Positions 46,339 through 54,441 of a DNA stretch of 64,000 nucleotides are shown piece after piece (within the stretch, counting starts at the first letter, position 1; each line of letters begins with the position of its first letter). The notes beneath the pieces were generated by a model. It worked only from the letters and a program-made list of their open reading frames with translations, did not search any database and was not told where the DNA came from. The DNA is from an uncultured Sphingobacteriaceae bacterium (lineage in GTDB: Bacteria; Bacteroidota; Bacteroidia; Sphingobacteriales; Sphingobacteriaceae). The stretch covers positions 82,358 to 146,357 of the forward strand of contig CAXULQ010000005.1 of the NCBI GenBank assembly GCA_964251965.1, read 5' to 3'. Made by a program: the position numbers and the translations under genes.

Positions 46339-47529
46339 TTGACTATAACAAGCCCATCGGCCTCTAACTGGAAGGTTTTTCTGCAAAATAAATTAGCTGT
46401 AGCTGGCATGTTATTAATTGTTGTTACTTCGTTTATTGCCATTTTGGGTTATTTGATTATGCCTGATGATACACCGCAGGCAAATGATATGCTGGTGCAG
46501 CTAAGTTTAAAAAGTCCCGGCTCTGCTTTTACATTGCTTCGGATTAAAAAGCAGGATTATACAGTTCCTGTCAACTTCCTGCAAAAAATGCTTTTTGGGC
46601 AAACCTCGCCCTGGCGTAATGTCCCGGTCACTTCTTTTCGTTTCAACAAAGATTCAATTTACGTTCGAGAATATATTGGTGATGAAGATGTAGCGGCAGA
46701 AACAGCTTATAACATCTATAAAATCAGTGGTAAAAGAAGCATCAGTTCGTCTTCATCAGCAACCAACCTAAAAAAAGAGGTGCTAAAAGAAGCATCCGCC
46801 CAAGCGGTAAGAAAAGAAATTGCTGAACATCAGCTCATCAAAAAAACATACTGGTTCGGAACAGATATTTACGGCCGCGATATGTTAAGCAGGCTGATTA
46901 TTGGTGCGCGTATTTCGCTATCCGTAGGTTTTGCGGCAGTTATCATCAGTTTGGGCGCTGGCATAACAATTGGTTCTGCGGCAGGTTATTTTGGCGGTAA
47001 AACTGATGATATTTTAAGCTGGCTGATGAACGTTTTATGGGCTTTGCCGGCTTTGCTGCTGGTAATTGCCATTTCTTTTGCTTTGGGTAAAGGTTTGTGG
47101 CAGATATTTGTGGCCATCGGTCTTTCCATGTGGGTAGAAGTTGGCCGATTGGTACGCGGACAGGTAATCGCATTGAAACAAGTAGAGTATGTAGAAGCGG
47201 CACGTGCTTTAGGTTTTAGCAGTTACCGCATCATCCGCCATCATATTTTGCCTAACATAACCGGTCCGGTTTTGGTACTTGCGGCTTCCAATTTTGCTTC
47301 TGCAATTTTGCTGGAGGCCGGTTTAAGCTTTTTGGGTTACGGCGCGCAGCCGCCTACGCCAACTTGGGGAGCCATGATCAAAGAGCATTACGGTTACATC
47401 GTTATAGGTTCTGCCTATCTGGCTATTTTGCCCGGTTTGGCAATTATGCTGATGGTTTACGCATTTAATGTGGTAACTATTGGCTTGCGAGATGCGTTTG
47501 ATGTAAAATCGCAGGATGCACGTATTTAA
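46339..47529 (+). CDS. ABC transporter permease, DppC/OppC type, with long N-terminal extracytoplasmic insert
   Basis: The C-terminal 220 aa have the BPD-transporter fold and an EAA-like motif VEAARALGFSSYRIIRHHILPN. No ATPase or binding-protein gene is adjacent. Confidence 0.75.
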   Translation: MTITSPSASNWKVFLQNKLAVAGMLLIVVTSFIAILGYLIMPDDTPQANDMLVQLSLKSPGSAFTLLRIKKQDYTVPVNFLQKMLFGQTSPWRNVPVTSFRFNKDSIYVREYIGDEDVAAETAYNIYKISGKRSISSSSSATNLKKEVLKEASAQAVRKEIAEHQLIKKTYWFGTDIYGRDMLSRLIIGARISLSVGFAAVIISLGAGITIGSAAGYFGGKTDDILSWLMNVLWALPALLLVIAISFALGKGLWQIFVAIGLSMWVEVGRLVRGQVIALKQVEYVEAARALGFSSYRIIRHHILPNITGPVLVLAASNFASAILLEAGLSFLGYGAQPPTPTWGAMIKEHYGYIVIGSAYLAILPGLAIMLMVYAFNVVTIGLRDAFDVKSQDARI

Positions 47530-47585
47530 CTTTAACGCAGTAAAAATGAATTGGAGAAGAGATATTATCGATACAGAACTATAAC

Positions 47586-48806
47586 ATGAAGTTCGAAGAA
47601 GATGAGCTGATCCGCCTGCTTTTAAAAAGGCAGACAGAGTTGAATGCATTGCTGGAAGTAACACAAGCGATCAATAGGAATGCGCCTACTTTAATTTTGA
47701 CCAATATGTTAAAAGTAATCATGAACGATTATTTGCAAGTTGGCAGGTTTCGCTTTGTGATCGAAATGCAAGGTTATTTTAAATGTATTTCTTTTTACGG
47801 GGGAGAATTTGAAAAGCATCAAGTGATTTACAACGCTTGTAAAGGCTTAGGGAAATTTAAAGGGCCGGTTTCGGTCTCCCAAAATCAAGGTCCGCTCCTT
47901 AGCAATTACGATTACTTTATACCTGTTGCCCAAAAAAACAAAATGATGGCTTTTACGCTGATCGGCGATTTTAAGACCACACCGCAAATGCTGGGGAACG
48001 ACCTTAACTTTATTCAAACAATCACTAACGTTATTATTGTTGCCCTCGAAAACAAGAAACTGTTTAAGAAACGGATACAGGCCGAACGTTTTCAGCGGGA
48101 AATGGAACTGGCGGTTGATGTGCAGCAAATGATGATTCCGGTTACTATTTTTAACGAACCAGGAATTGAAATTAGTGCCCGTTATCTTCCGCATCAAAAT
48201 ATTGGCGGCGATTATTATGATTTTATACGCCTCAACAATAACGAATTTTTGTGGTGCATTGCAGATGTTTCGGGCAAAGGTGTTTCTGCCGCTTTGCTGA
48301 TGGCCAATTTACAGGCCAGTTTACGGGCTTGGGCATCGGTAGAGGAAGATTTGACTACCATTATCGAAAAATTAAACGATATAATTATCAAAACCACCAG
48401 AGGCGAAAAGTTCATCACCATTTTTTTAGGAAAATTTAACCAGCAAACCCGGAAATTAACTTATATCAACGCTGGGCATAATCCGTCTATCGTTTATCAC
48501 AAAGGTTTCACTACCGAATTAAAACAAGGTACAACGATTATTGGCGCGCTGGATAACCTGCCATTTATAAATACCAGTGAAATTTTGCTGGAAGAAGAAT
48601 TTATGGTTTTTAACTACACCGATGGTTTAATTGAGTACGACCAGAACAACCCCCAATGGGACGAAGAAAAACTGCGCGAATACGTACAAGCTAACGGTAA
48701 ACTTAACCCGGAAGAGTTTAACACAAAAATATTGGAACATGTTAGCCGCATAGCAAAAGGCAAACCGATTGACGATGTTACGTTGCTGACCATCGCTTGT
48801 AAATAA
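47586..48806 (+). CDS. PP2C-family (SpoIIE/RsbU-type) serine phosphatase with N-terminal GAF-like domain
   Basis: GGDYYDF, ADVSGKGVSAAL, YTDGLIE and DDVTLL motifs. Confidence 0.8.
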   Translation: MKFEEDELIRLLLKRQTELNALLEVTQAINRNAPTLILTNMLKVIMNDYLQVGRFRFVIEMQGYFKCISFYGGEFEKHQVIYNACKGLGKFKGPVSVSQNQGPLLSNYDYFIPVAQKNKMMAFTLIGDFKTTPQMLGNDLNFIQTITNVIIVALENKKLFKKRIQAERFQREMELAVDVQQMMIPVTIFNEPGIEISARYLPHQNIGGDYYDFIRLNNNEFLWCIADVSGKGVSAALLMANLQASLRAWASVEEDLTTIIEKLNDIIIKTTRGEKFITIFLGKFNQQTRKLTYINAGHNPSIVYHKGFTTELKQGTTIIGALDNLPFINTSEILLEEEFMVFNYTDGLIEYDQNNPQWDEEKLREYVQANGKLNPEEFNTKILEHVSRIAKGKPIDDVTLLTIACK

Positions 48807-48821
48807 TATTAATTTTTAAGC

Positions 48822-48835
48822 GGTAAAAACAGCAT
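48822..48835 (-). repeat. abundant-oligomer copy, ACAG variant (ggtaaaaacagcat), spacer
   Basis: Lies 15 nt after the phosphatase stop and 20 nt before rnhB. The minus strand reads atgctgtttttaccgcttaaaaatt. Confidence 0.55.
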
Positions 48836-48854
48836 TAACCTGGCTGATATTTGA

Positions 48855-49499
48855 ATGTTAATAATGAACGAAAAGCCAGCACTTTTACCGCGCTATCAGC
48901 ATACTTTATTGGAAGCCGGTTGTGATGAAGCAGGCCGTGGTTGTTTGGCCGGACCTGTGTTTGCCGCTGCCGTTATTTTACCGACTGATTTTAATCATCC
49001 TGAATTGAACGATTCCAAGCAATTGGATGAACCAACGCGCAATCAGCTTCGGCAGGAAATCGAAAAGTGTGCTTTGTCTTACGCCGTAGCTTCGGTTGAT
49101 AATTTGGAGATCGATCAAATCAACATCCTGCAAGCTTCTATTTTGGCCATGCACCGCGCTATTGCAATGCTTCTTTTACCGCCTGAATTTTTGATTATCG
49201 ATGGCAATTATTTCAAAAAATACCAGTCGCTTAACCACGCCTGCATTGTAAAAGGCGACGGCAAATATTACAGCATCGCGGCGGCTTCAATCCTGGCAAA
49301 AACTTACCGCGATGATTATATGAAAAAGATCGCCGAAGAACATCCAGAATATCTTTGGCATCAAAACAAAGGTTATCCAACTATTAAGCATCGAAACACG
49401 ATTTTAGAAAAAGGCTTTACGCCTTATCACCGGCTAACTTTTCGGGTTCGCGGTCCGCTTTCAGACGGTTTAAAAAGCACTGCCGTTCCCATCGGTTGA
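48855..49499 (+). CDS. rnhB: ribonuclease HII
   Basis: [19 protein letters not shown] and GYP motifs. Confidence 0.92.
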   Translation: MLIMNEKPALLPRYQHTLLEAGCDEAGRGCLAGPVFAAAVILPTDFNHPELNDSKQLDEPTRNQLRQEIEKCALSYAVASVDNLEIDQINILQASILAMHRAIAMLLLPPEFLIIDGNYFKKYQSLNHACIVKGDGKYYSIAAASILAKTYRDDYMKKIAEEHPEYLWHQNKGYPTIKHRNTILEKGFTPYHRLTFRVRGPLSDGLKSTAVPIG

Positions 49500-49552
49500 T
49501 TTCATTGTCCTTCTCCTTATTTTACTACTTTTGCCTCCACAAAAACGTCGCC

Positions 49553-50632
49553 ATGAAAACTACTGCCCTTACCAATGTTCATATAAAAACAGGCGCCAAA
49601 ATGGTTCCGTTTGCTGGTTACAATATGCCGGTTACCTACGCTGGAATTAATGCCGAGCACGAAACCGTGCGTAAAGCTGTCGGTGTTTTTGATGTGAGCC
49701 ACATGGGCGAATTTATTTTGAAAGGCGAAAAAGCTTTGGATCTCATCCAAAAAGTAACCACCAACGATGCCTCCAAACTGTACGACGGCAAAGTGCAATA
49801 TTCTTGTTTGCCCAACGAAACCGGAGGCATTGTAGATGATTTATTAGTTTACCGCATGGACGAGAAAACCTACATGCTGGTGGTCAACGCTTCTAATATC
49901 GAGAAAGACTGGAACTGGATTTCCCGTTTTAATGATTTTGGGGTGGAGATGAAAAACATTTCCGACCGTACTTCGCTGCTGGCCGTGCAAGGCCCGAAAG
50001 CTGCCGAAGCCTTGCAAAGCTTAACCGATGTTGACCTCGCTTCTATGGAATATTATACCTTTAAAAGAAGCATTTTCGCCGGGATAAAAAATGTAATTAT
50101 CTCTGCCACAGGTTATACCGGTGCCGGCGGTTTTGAACTTTATTTTGATCACGAAAATTCAGAACATATCTGGAATGCCATTTTTGAAGCCGGCGAACCT
50201 TTCGGTATCAAGCCGATTGGTCTGGCTGCGCGCGATACTTTGCGCCTGGAAATGGGTTTTTGTTTGTACGGAAACGATATCGACGATACCACTTCTCCGC
50301 TGGAGGCCGGTTTGGGCTGGGTAACCAAATTCAGCAAAAACTTCGTCAATTCCGAAGCTTTGAAACAGCAGAAAGAAACTGGCATCAGCAAAAAACTGAT
50401 TGGTTTTGAAATGTTAGAAAGAGGAATTCCGCGCCATGATTATGAAATTGTAGATGAAGCAGGAAACACGATTGGCAAAGTAACTTCCGGTACGCAATCG
50501 CCATCGCTGCAAAAAGCCGTTGGTTTGGGTTATGTTAAAAATGCTTTTGCCAAAGACGGAACCGAAATTTACATCAAAATCCGCGATCAAAAAATCAAAG
50601 CGAAAGCGGTGAAGCCGCCTTTTTACAAATAA
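49553..50632 (+). CDS. gcvT: glycine cleavage system aminomethyltransferase T
   Basis: [19 protein letters not shown], 359 aa from ATG 49553. The track start 49496 overlaps rnhB. Confidence 0.92.
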   Translation: MKTTALTNVHIKTGAKMVPFAGYNMPVTYAGINAEHETVRKAVGVFDVSHMGEFILKGEKALDLIQKVTTNDASKLYDGKVQYSCLPNETGGIVDDLLVYRMDEKTYMLVVNASNIEKDWNWISRFNDFGVEMKNISDRTSLLAVQGPKAAEALQSLTDVDLASMEYYTFKRSIFAGIKNVIISATGYTGAGGFELYFDHENSEHIWNAIFEAGEPFGIKPIGLAARDTLRLEMGFCLYGNDIDDTTSPLEAGLGWVTKFSKNFVNSEALKQQKETGISKKLIGFEMLERGIPRHDYEIVDEAGNTIGKVTSGTQSPSLQKAVGLGYVKNAFAKDGTEIYIKIRDQKIKAKAVKPPFYK

Positions 50633-50636
50633 GTTC

Positions 50637-50650
50637 ATGCTTCTTTTATC
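50637..50650 (+). repeat. abundant-oligomer copy (atgcttcttttatc), 5 nt after gcvT stop
   Basis: Exact 14/14 core with extension atgcttcttttatcacctgaaaat, in phase with gcvT. Confidence 0.6.
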
Positions 50651-50680
50651 ACCTGAAAATTGGTGTCCTGATAAATTCCA

Positions 50681-51406
50681 ATGTCTGAAAAACTAACGAT
50701 TGAAACCTGCTTAACGCCTGCATTACTGCCGCTTTACCAAATCGAAAACAGTATCGCCGTAATTATTGATATTTTTCGCGCCACGTCCTCCATTTGTTAC
50801 GGGATTGAAAACGGTGCCGAAGCCATTATCCCGGTTGCGCAGGTAGAAGAATGCGCTGTTTACCGCGAAAAAGGTTTGGATTATTTGCTGGCCGCCGAAC
50901 GTAACGGCGAAGTGGTTGCAGGTTTTGATTTTGGCAATTCACCATTCTCTTACACTTCGGAAAAAGTTGCCGGTAAAACCATTGTTTTAACTACAACCAA
51001 CGGCACACACGCTTTGCATCTTTCCCGCGCAGCTAAAAAAATCGTCATCGGTTCTTTTTTAAACCTTTCTGCTTTGTGTGATTGGCTGAAATCCCGGCAG
51101 GAAAACATTTTACTGGTTTGCGCCGGTTGGAAAAATAACTTTAATTTGGAAGATACTTTGTTTGCCGGTGCAGTTGTAGATCAATTAAAAGCCAGTAATT
51201 ATAAACTGGACGATCCAAGCATCGCCGCCAACGATCTTTTTCAGCTCGGAAAAAACGACCTCAATTTATATCTGCAAAAAACAGCACACAGCGAACGTTT
51301 AAAAAAGTTGGGTATTGAAGAAGATATCCGGTTTTGTTTGCAAACGGATTTAACTACTGCAATTCCGGTTTTGGAAGGGGAGAAGCTGGTGAAGTTGGAA
51401 CGATAG
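50681..51406 (+). CDS. 2-phosphosulfolactate phosphatase (ComB) family protein
   Basis: IIDIFRATSSI and LTTTNGT motifs, 241 aa. Confidence 0.75.
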   Translation: MSEKLTIETCLTPALLPLYQIENSIAVIIDIFRATSSICYGIENGAEAIIPVAQVEECAVYREKGLDYLLAAERNGEVVAGFDFGNSPFSYTSEKVAGKTIVLTTTNGTHALHLSRAAKKIVIGSFLNLSALCDWLKSRQENILLVCAGWKNNFNLEDTLFAGAVVDQLKASNYKLDDPSIAANDLFQLGKNDLNLYLQKTAHSERLKKLGIEEDIRFCLQTDLTTAIPVLEGEKLVKLER

Positions 51407-51448
51407 TTAATTTTTAATTTAGCGTCTGAAAGGAAAGGGATATTTACA

Positions 51449-51748
51449 ATGACTAATTTTTTTAAATACAAAAACTACTTAGCTACAATTGATTTTAGTG
51501 TGGAGGATGATGTTTTTTATGGAAGTGTTGTTGGGATTAAGGATGTGATCGCCTTTGAAGGAACATCTGTTAAAGAAGTTAAACATGCTTTTCATAAAGC
51601 AATTGATGATTATTTGGCTACCTGTTTAGCTTTAAATAAAAAACCTGAAAAACCAAGTGGAGAAACTTTTTATTTATTGAAAAGCCCGGCCACCGCTAAA
51701 CGTTTGTTAAAGGCGTTGGAAGAATACGAGAAATCTTCAAAACATTAA
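51449..51748 (+). CDS. orphan antitoxin: HicB-like N-terminal domain fused to a YefM-like C-terminal tail
   Basis: The N-terminal part YLATIDFSVEDDVFYGSVVGI...FEGTSVKEVKHAFHKAIDDYLATC is HicB-like. The C-terminal ETFYLLKSPATAKRLLKALEE resembles the YLLxSPANAxRL toxin-binding segment of Phd/YefM. No toxin ORF is adjacent. Confidence 0.55.
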   Translation: MTNFFKYKNYLATIDFSVEDDVFYGSVVGIKDVIAFEGTSVKEVKHAFHKAIDDYLATCLALNKKPEKPSGETFYLLKSPATAKRLLKALEEYEKSSKH

Positions 51749-51751
51749 TTT

Positions 51752-52078
51752 TTACTTCAACTTTTCATTATTCCGGTGCCGGTCCGCATCGCGGATACTT
51801 TTTTTAGCCATGTTTTTTTCTAAAGCTTCGGTTAAATCGATGCCGGTTTGGTTGGCCAGGCAGATCAGCACAAATAAAACATCGGCCATTTCATCCGCCA
51901 AAACTACTTCTTCATCGGATTGTTTGAAAGATTGTTCGCCGTATTTCCGGGCCATAATGCGGGCGACTTCGCCCACTTCTTCCATCAAAATTGCGGTGTT
52001 GGTGAGTTCGTTGAAATAGCGGATTCCGGTTGTATTGATCCATTCATCAACCAGTTGCTGTGCTTCTTTTATCGTCAT
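51752..52078 (-). CDS. small MazG-like nucleotide pyrophosphohydrolase
   Basis: 108 aa with EEVGEVARI...ELADVLF EExxE/ExxD motif pairs. Confidence 0.8.
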   Translation of the reverse strand: MTIKEAQQLVDEWINTTGIRYFNELTNTAILMEEVGEVARIMARKYGEQSFKQSDEEVVLADEMADVLFVLICLANQTGIDLTEALEKNMAKKSIRDADRHRNNEKLK

Positions 52079-52082
52079 AAAA

Positions 52083-52541
52083 TTAGTGGTTGTCTTTATC
52101 TTTTGTGTCCATGATGATGGTTACCGGCCCGTCATTCACCAAACTAACCTTCATATCGGCACCAAAAATCCCGGTAGAAATATTTTTCCCAAGCATATTT
52201 TCCAACGTTTTAATCATCATTTCGTACAAAGGGATTGCTTTTTCTGGTTTCGCTGCGCGGATAAACGACGGCCGGTTTCCCTTCTTCGTTTGTGCAAAAA
52301 GCGTGAACTGGGAAATCAGTAAAATGTCGCCGTTTACATTTGCCAAAGCTTTGTTCATCAAACCGTTTTCATCTCCAAAAACGCGCATGTTGATGATTTT
52401 TTGTGCCAGCCAAATTACGTCTTCCTCGGTATCGGCTTCTTCAATTCCCAGCAAAACCATAAAACCGGTTTCGATTTTACCTATTGTCTTGCCATCTATT
52501 TTTACAGATGCTTCGCTAACGCGCTGGATGATTACCCTCAT
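52083..52541 (-). CDS. dtd: D-aminoacyl-tRNA deacylase
   Basis: MRVIIQRV, SQFTL and NDGPVT motifs. Confidence 0.92.
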   Translation of the reverse strand: MRVIIQRVSEASVKIDGKTIGKIETGFMVLLGIEEADTEEDVIWLAQKIINMRVFGDENGLMNKALANVNGDILLISQFTLFAQTKKGNRPSFIRAAKPEKAIPLYEMMIKTLENMLGKNISTGIFGADMKVSLVNDGPVTIIMDTKDKDNH

Positions 52542-52544
52542 TTA

Positions 52545-52636
52545 GAGTTGTAAGTTTTAAGTTGTCGGTTGTAAGTTTTGGGCGGAGAAAAGCATGTGGT
52601 TCAGTACGTATAACTTAAAACTTATCACGTATAACT
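52545..52636. repeat. long hairpin with 7-nt periodic arms, same family as 42795-42917
   Basis: The left arm is gttgtaa gttttaa gttgtcg gttgtaa gttttgg. aagttttaagtt (52552-52563) is the perfect complement of aacttaaaactt (52612-52623). The 19-mer acgtataacttaaaactta (52606-52624) is identical to 42895-42913. Fills the rsgA-dtd spacer. Confidence 0.65.
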
Positions 52637-52640
52637 CCTC

Positions 52641-53561
52641 TCACGCCCGCGTATCATTTCCCTGATAAATACTCAAATAGCTTTCATAGCGCGAAGGTTC
52701 GATTTCACCTGCTTCGAGCGAAGCCAAAACCGCACAGCCGGGTTCGTTAATGTGGCGGCAATTGTGGAAACGGCACTGGTTTAACAACTCGCGCATCTCC
52801 GGGAAAAAGTGGCTCAGTTCCTGTTTTTCAATGTCGATTACACCTAATTCGCGTATGCCGGGCGTATCAATCAGGAAACCGCCAAAAGGCAGCTCAAATA
52901 TTTCAGCAAAGGTGGTAGTGTGTTTTCCGGAATCGCTCCAGTCGGAAATTTCTCCGGTGCGCACTTCAATTCCCGGTAAAATAGCGTTCAGCAAGGTTGA
53001 TTTCCCCACGCCGGAATGGCCGGAAAAAAGTGTGGTTTTATCTTTTAAAACTGCCGATACTTCTTTTATGCCTGTTTTTTTTAAGGCTGAAACTTCGTAG
53101 CAGGCATAACCGATTTTTTCATAAACAGAACGGTAATCTGCCAAAATCTCTAAACCTTCTTCGCTAAATAAATCCAGTTTATTAAAAATAATACCGGCCG
53201 GAATGCCATACGCTTCGGCAGTAACCAGAAACCGGTCTATAAAACCAAGCGAAGTTCGTGGAGAAGCCAGTGTAACCACCAGCAAAGCCAAATCTAAATT
53301 GGCCGCAATAATTTGCGCTTGTTTGCTTAGGTTGATGGATTTACGGATGATGTAATTTTTTCGGTCGTGCAGTTTGTAGATTACGCCGGTTTGCTGCTCG
53401 GGTTCGATCTCGAAATCTACCACATCGCCAACTGCAACCGGGTTGGTTGTGGTTAAGCCTTTTATTCGAAATTTGCCTTTGATGCGGCAATCGTAGCGGT
53501 TTCCTTCCGCATCCTGCACCTGGTACCAGCTTCCGGTAGATTTTGTTATGATACCTTGCAT
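52641..53561 (-). CDS. rsgA: ribosome small-subunit-dependent GTPase A
   Basis: GHSGVGKSTLLN, and zinc knuckle CRFHNCRHINEPGCAV. Confidence 0.92.
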   Translation of the reverse strand: MQGIITKSTGSWYQVQDAEGNRYDCRIKGKFRIKGLTTTNPVAVGDVVDFEIEPEQQTGVIYKLHDRKNYIIRKSINLSKQAQIIAANLDLALLVVTLASPRTSLGFIDRFLVTAEAYGIPAGIIFNKLDLFSEEGLEILADYRSVYEKIGYACYEVSALKKTGIKEVSAVLKDKTTLFSGHSGVGKSTLLNAILPGIEVRTGEISDWSDSGKHTTTFAEIFELPFGGFLIDTPGIRELGVIDIEKQELSHFFPEMRELLNQCRFHNCRHINEPGCAVLASLEAGEIEPSRYESYLSIYQGNDTRA

Positions 53562-53921
53562 TTAATCAAAAGATAAAATAGATTTGATACTATTGCGCAA
53601 ACGATCAATAGTTTCTTCATCGAGGCGACCAATTTTTTCGCGCAGTCTCGATAAATCCAACGCCCTGATTTGATCGGCCAAAATATAAGATTGTTTTTGC
53701 AAACCATTTTCGATATTTGGTTCTACAGCAAGCCGGATTAAAGATATTCCTGCCCTGGGTTGTGAAGAAACAGCACAAGCAATGGTTGAACTGTGGCCTG
53801 CATCGTGTAAAATATCTGATTGCAAAATTACAACCGGACGAATTTTCCCAGGTTCGCTCCCTGATGCCGGCTCCAGGTTGGCAATCCAAATTTCGTACTG
53901 TTTGAGTTGTTGCTTATTCAT
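53562..53921 (-). CDS. mazF: MazF/PemK-family endoribonuclease toxin
   Basis: YEIWIANLEPASGSEPGKIRPVVILQSD..., 119 aa. The stop abuts the rsgA start. Confidence 0.8.
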   Translation of the reverse strand: MNKQQLKQYEIWIANLEPASGSEPGKIRPVVILQSDILHDAGHSSTIACAVSSQPRAGISLIRLAVEPNIENGLQKQSYILADQIRALDLSRLREKIGRLDEETIDRLRNSIKSILSFD

Positions 53922-54171
53922 CTAAATGTTTTTGCATATCAATTAAAGAAGCCGTTTCAAATATCTTTTTTAATTCTTTGTCCGGGTCATGTTCTTTTAA
54001 AATAGCTACTTCGCGCTGCAACTGTTCTTCCAAAGCTTTTCTTTTCAGCTTTTTATTATGGCCTGCCAATGCTTCTTTTATATAGCTATTTCTACTAACA
54101 TTCAATTCCTGCACTTGCTTTTCGGTTTCTTCAAAAAGCTTATCGTCTAACTTAAGCAGTATACTTTTCAT
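53914..54171 (-). CDS. ribbon-helix-helix antitoxin cognate to MazF
   Basis: 85 aa with an N-terminal beta-strand/helix pattern (ILLKLDDKLFEETEK...SRNSYIKEAL). Overlaps mazF by 8 nt. Confidence 0.65.
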   Translation of the reverse strand: MKSILLKLDDKLFEETEKQVQELNVSRNSYIKEALAGHNKKLKRKALEEQLQREVAILKEHDPDKELKKIFETASLIDMQKHLDE

Positions 54172-54173
54172 AG

Positions 54174-54187
54174 ATGCTGTTTTTATA
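54174..54187 (+). repeat. abundant-oligomer copy, ACAG variant (atgctgtttttata), between antitoxin start and its -7 box
   Basis: 12/14 match; begins 2 nt from the antitoxin start codon. Confidence 0.45.
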
Positions 54188-54190
54188 TAT

Positions 54191-54198
54191 CAAATTTA
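54191..54198 (-). promoter_or_regulatory. candidate -7 box (TAAATTTG) for the mazEF-like operon
   Basis: Exact TAnnTTTG on the minus strand, 19 nt upstream of the antitoxin ATG. Confidence 0.35.
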
Positions 54199-54295
54199 GA
54201 TATACTTTTTACATAGCACCGTAAATAATCAAATTTTTTATTGCAAATCAGCAAACAAAACATTTACTTTATGCCGCCCTCAAAAAGGATAATTT

Positions 54296-54364
54296 ATGCT
54301 GAACAATTTATTTATTACGATTACCCAAATTATTACCATCGGCAATTTTGCGGAGGAAGTATAA
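54296..54364 (+). CDS. thrL: thr operon leader peptide (22 aa, Thr/Ile-rich)
   Basis: MLNNLFITITQIITIGNFAEEV has 3 Thr and 5 Ile within 9 consecutive codons. It is followed by mutually exclusive hairpins and thrA. Confidence 0.65.
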   Translation: MLNNLFITITQIITIGNFAEEV

Positions 54365-54412
54365 GTTTGGTAAAAATTTAAAGATAAACCACCAAAAGCC
54401 TTCCTCCGCAAA
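54347..54412 (+). promoter_or_regulatory. antiterminator pairing of the thr attenuator
   Basis: tttgcggaggaag (54347-54359, the last leader codons) is the perfect complement of cttcctccgcaaa (54400-54412). The latter overlaps the 5-prime arm of the terminator. Confidence 0.55.
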
Positions 54413-54427
54413 GAGGAAGGCTTTTTT
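54398..54427 (+). terminator. attenuator terminator upstream of thrA
   Basis: gccttcctc-cgcaaa-gaggaaggc, a 9-bp GC-rich stem plus TTTTTT, 15 nt before the thrA ATG. Confidence 0.8.
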
Positions 54428-54441
54428 GTTAAACCTGTGAT

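Noticed and set aside
52090-52545. 151-aa plus-strand ORF covering the whole dtd gene
   Set aside because: dtd on the minus strand has unmistakable motifs (MRVIIQRV, SQFTL, NDGPVT). The plus-strand frame is a stop-free mirror with a hydrophobic, low-complexity sequence.
54271-54381. Alternative 36-codon upstream ORF in the thrA leader (MPPSKRIIYAEQFIYYDYPNYYHRQF...)
   Set aside because: It is Tyr-rich rather than Thr/Ile-rich and runs through both arms of the first pairing. The 54296 frame fits the attenuation logic of a thr operon much better. It cannot be strictly excluded.
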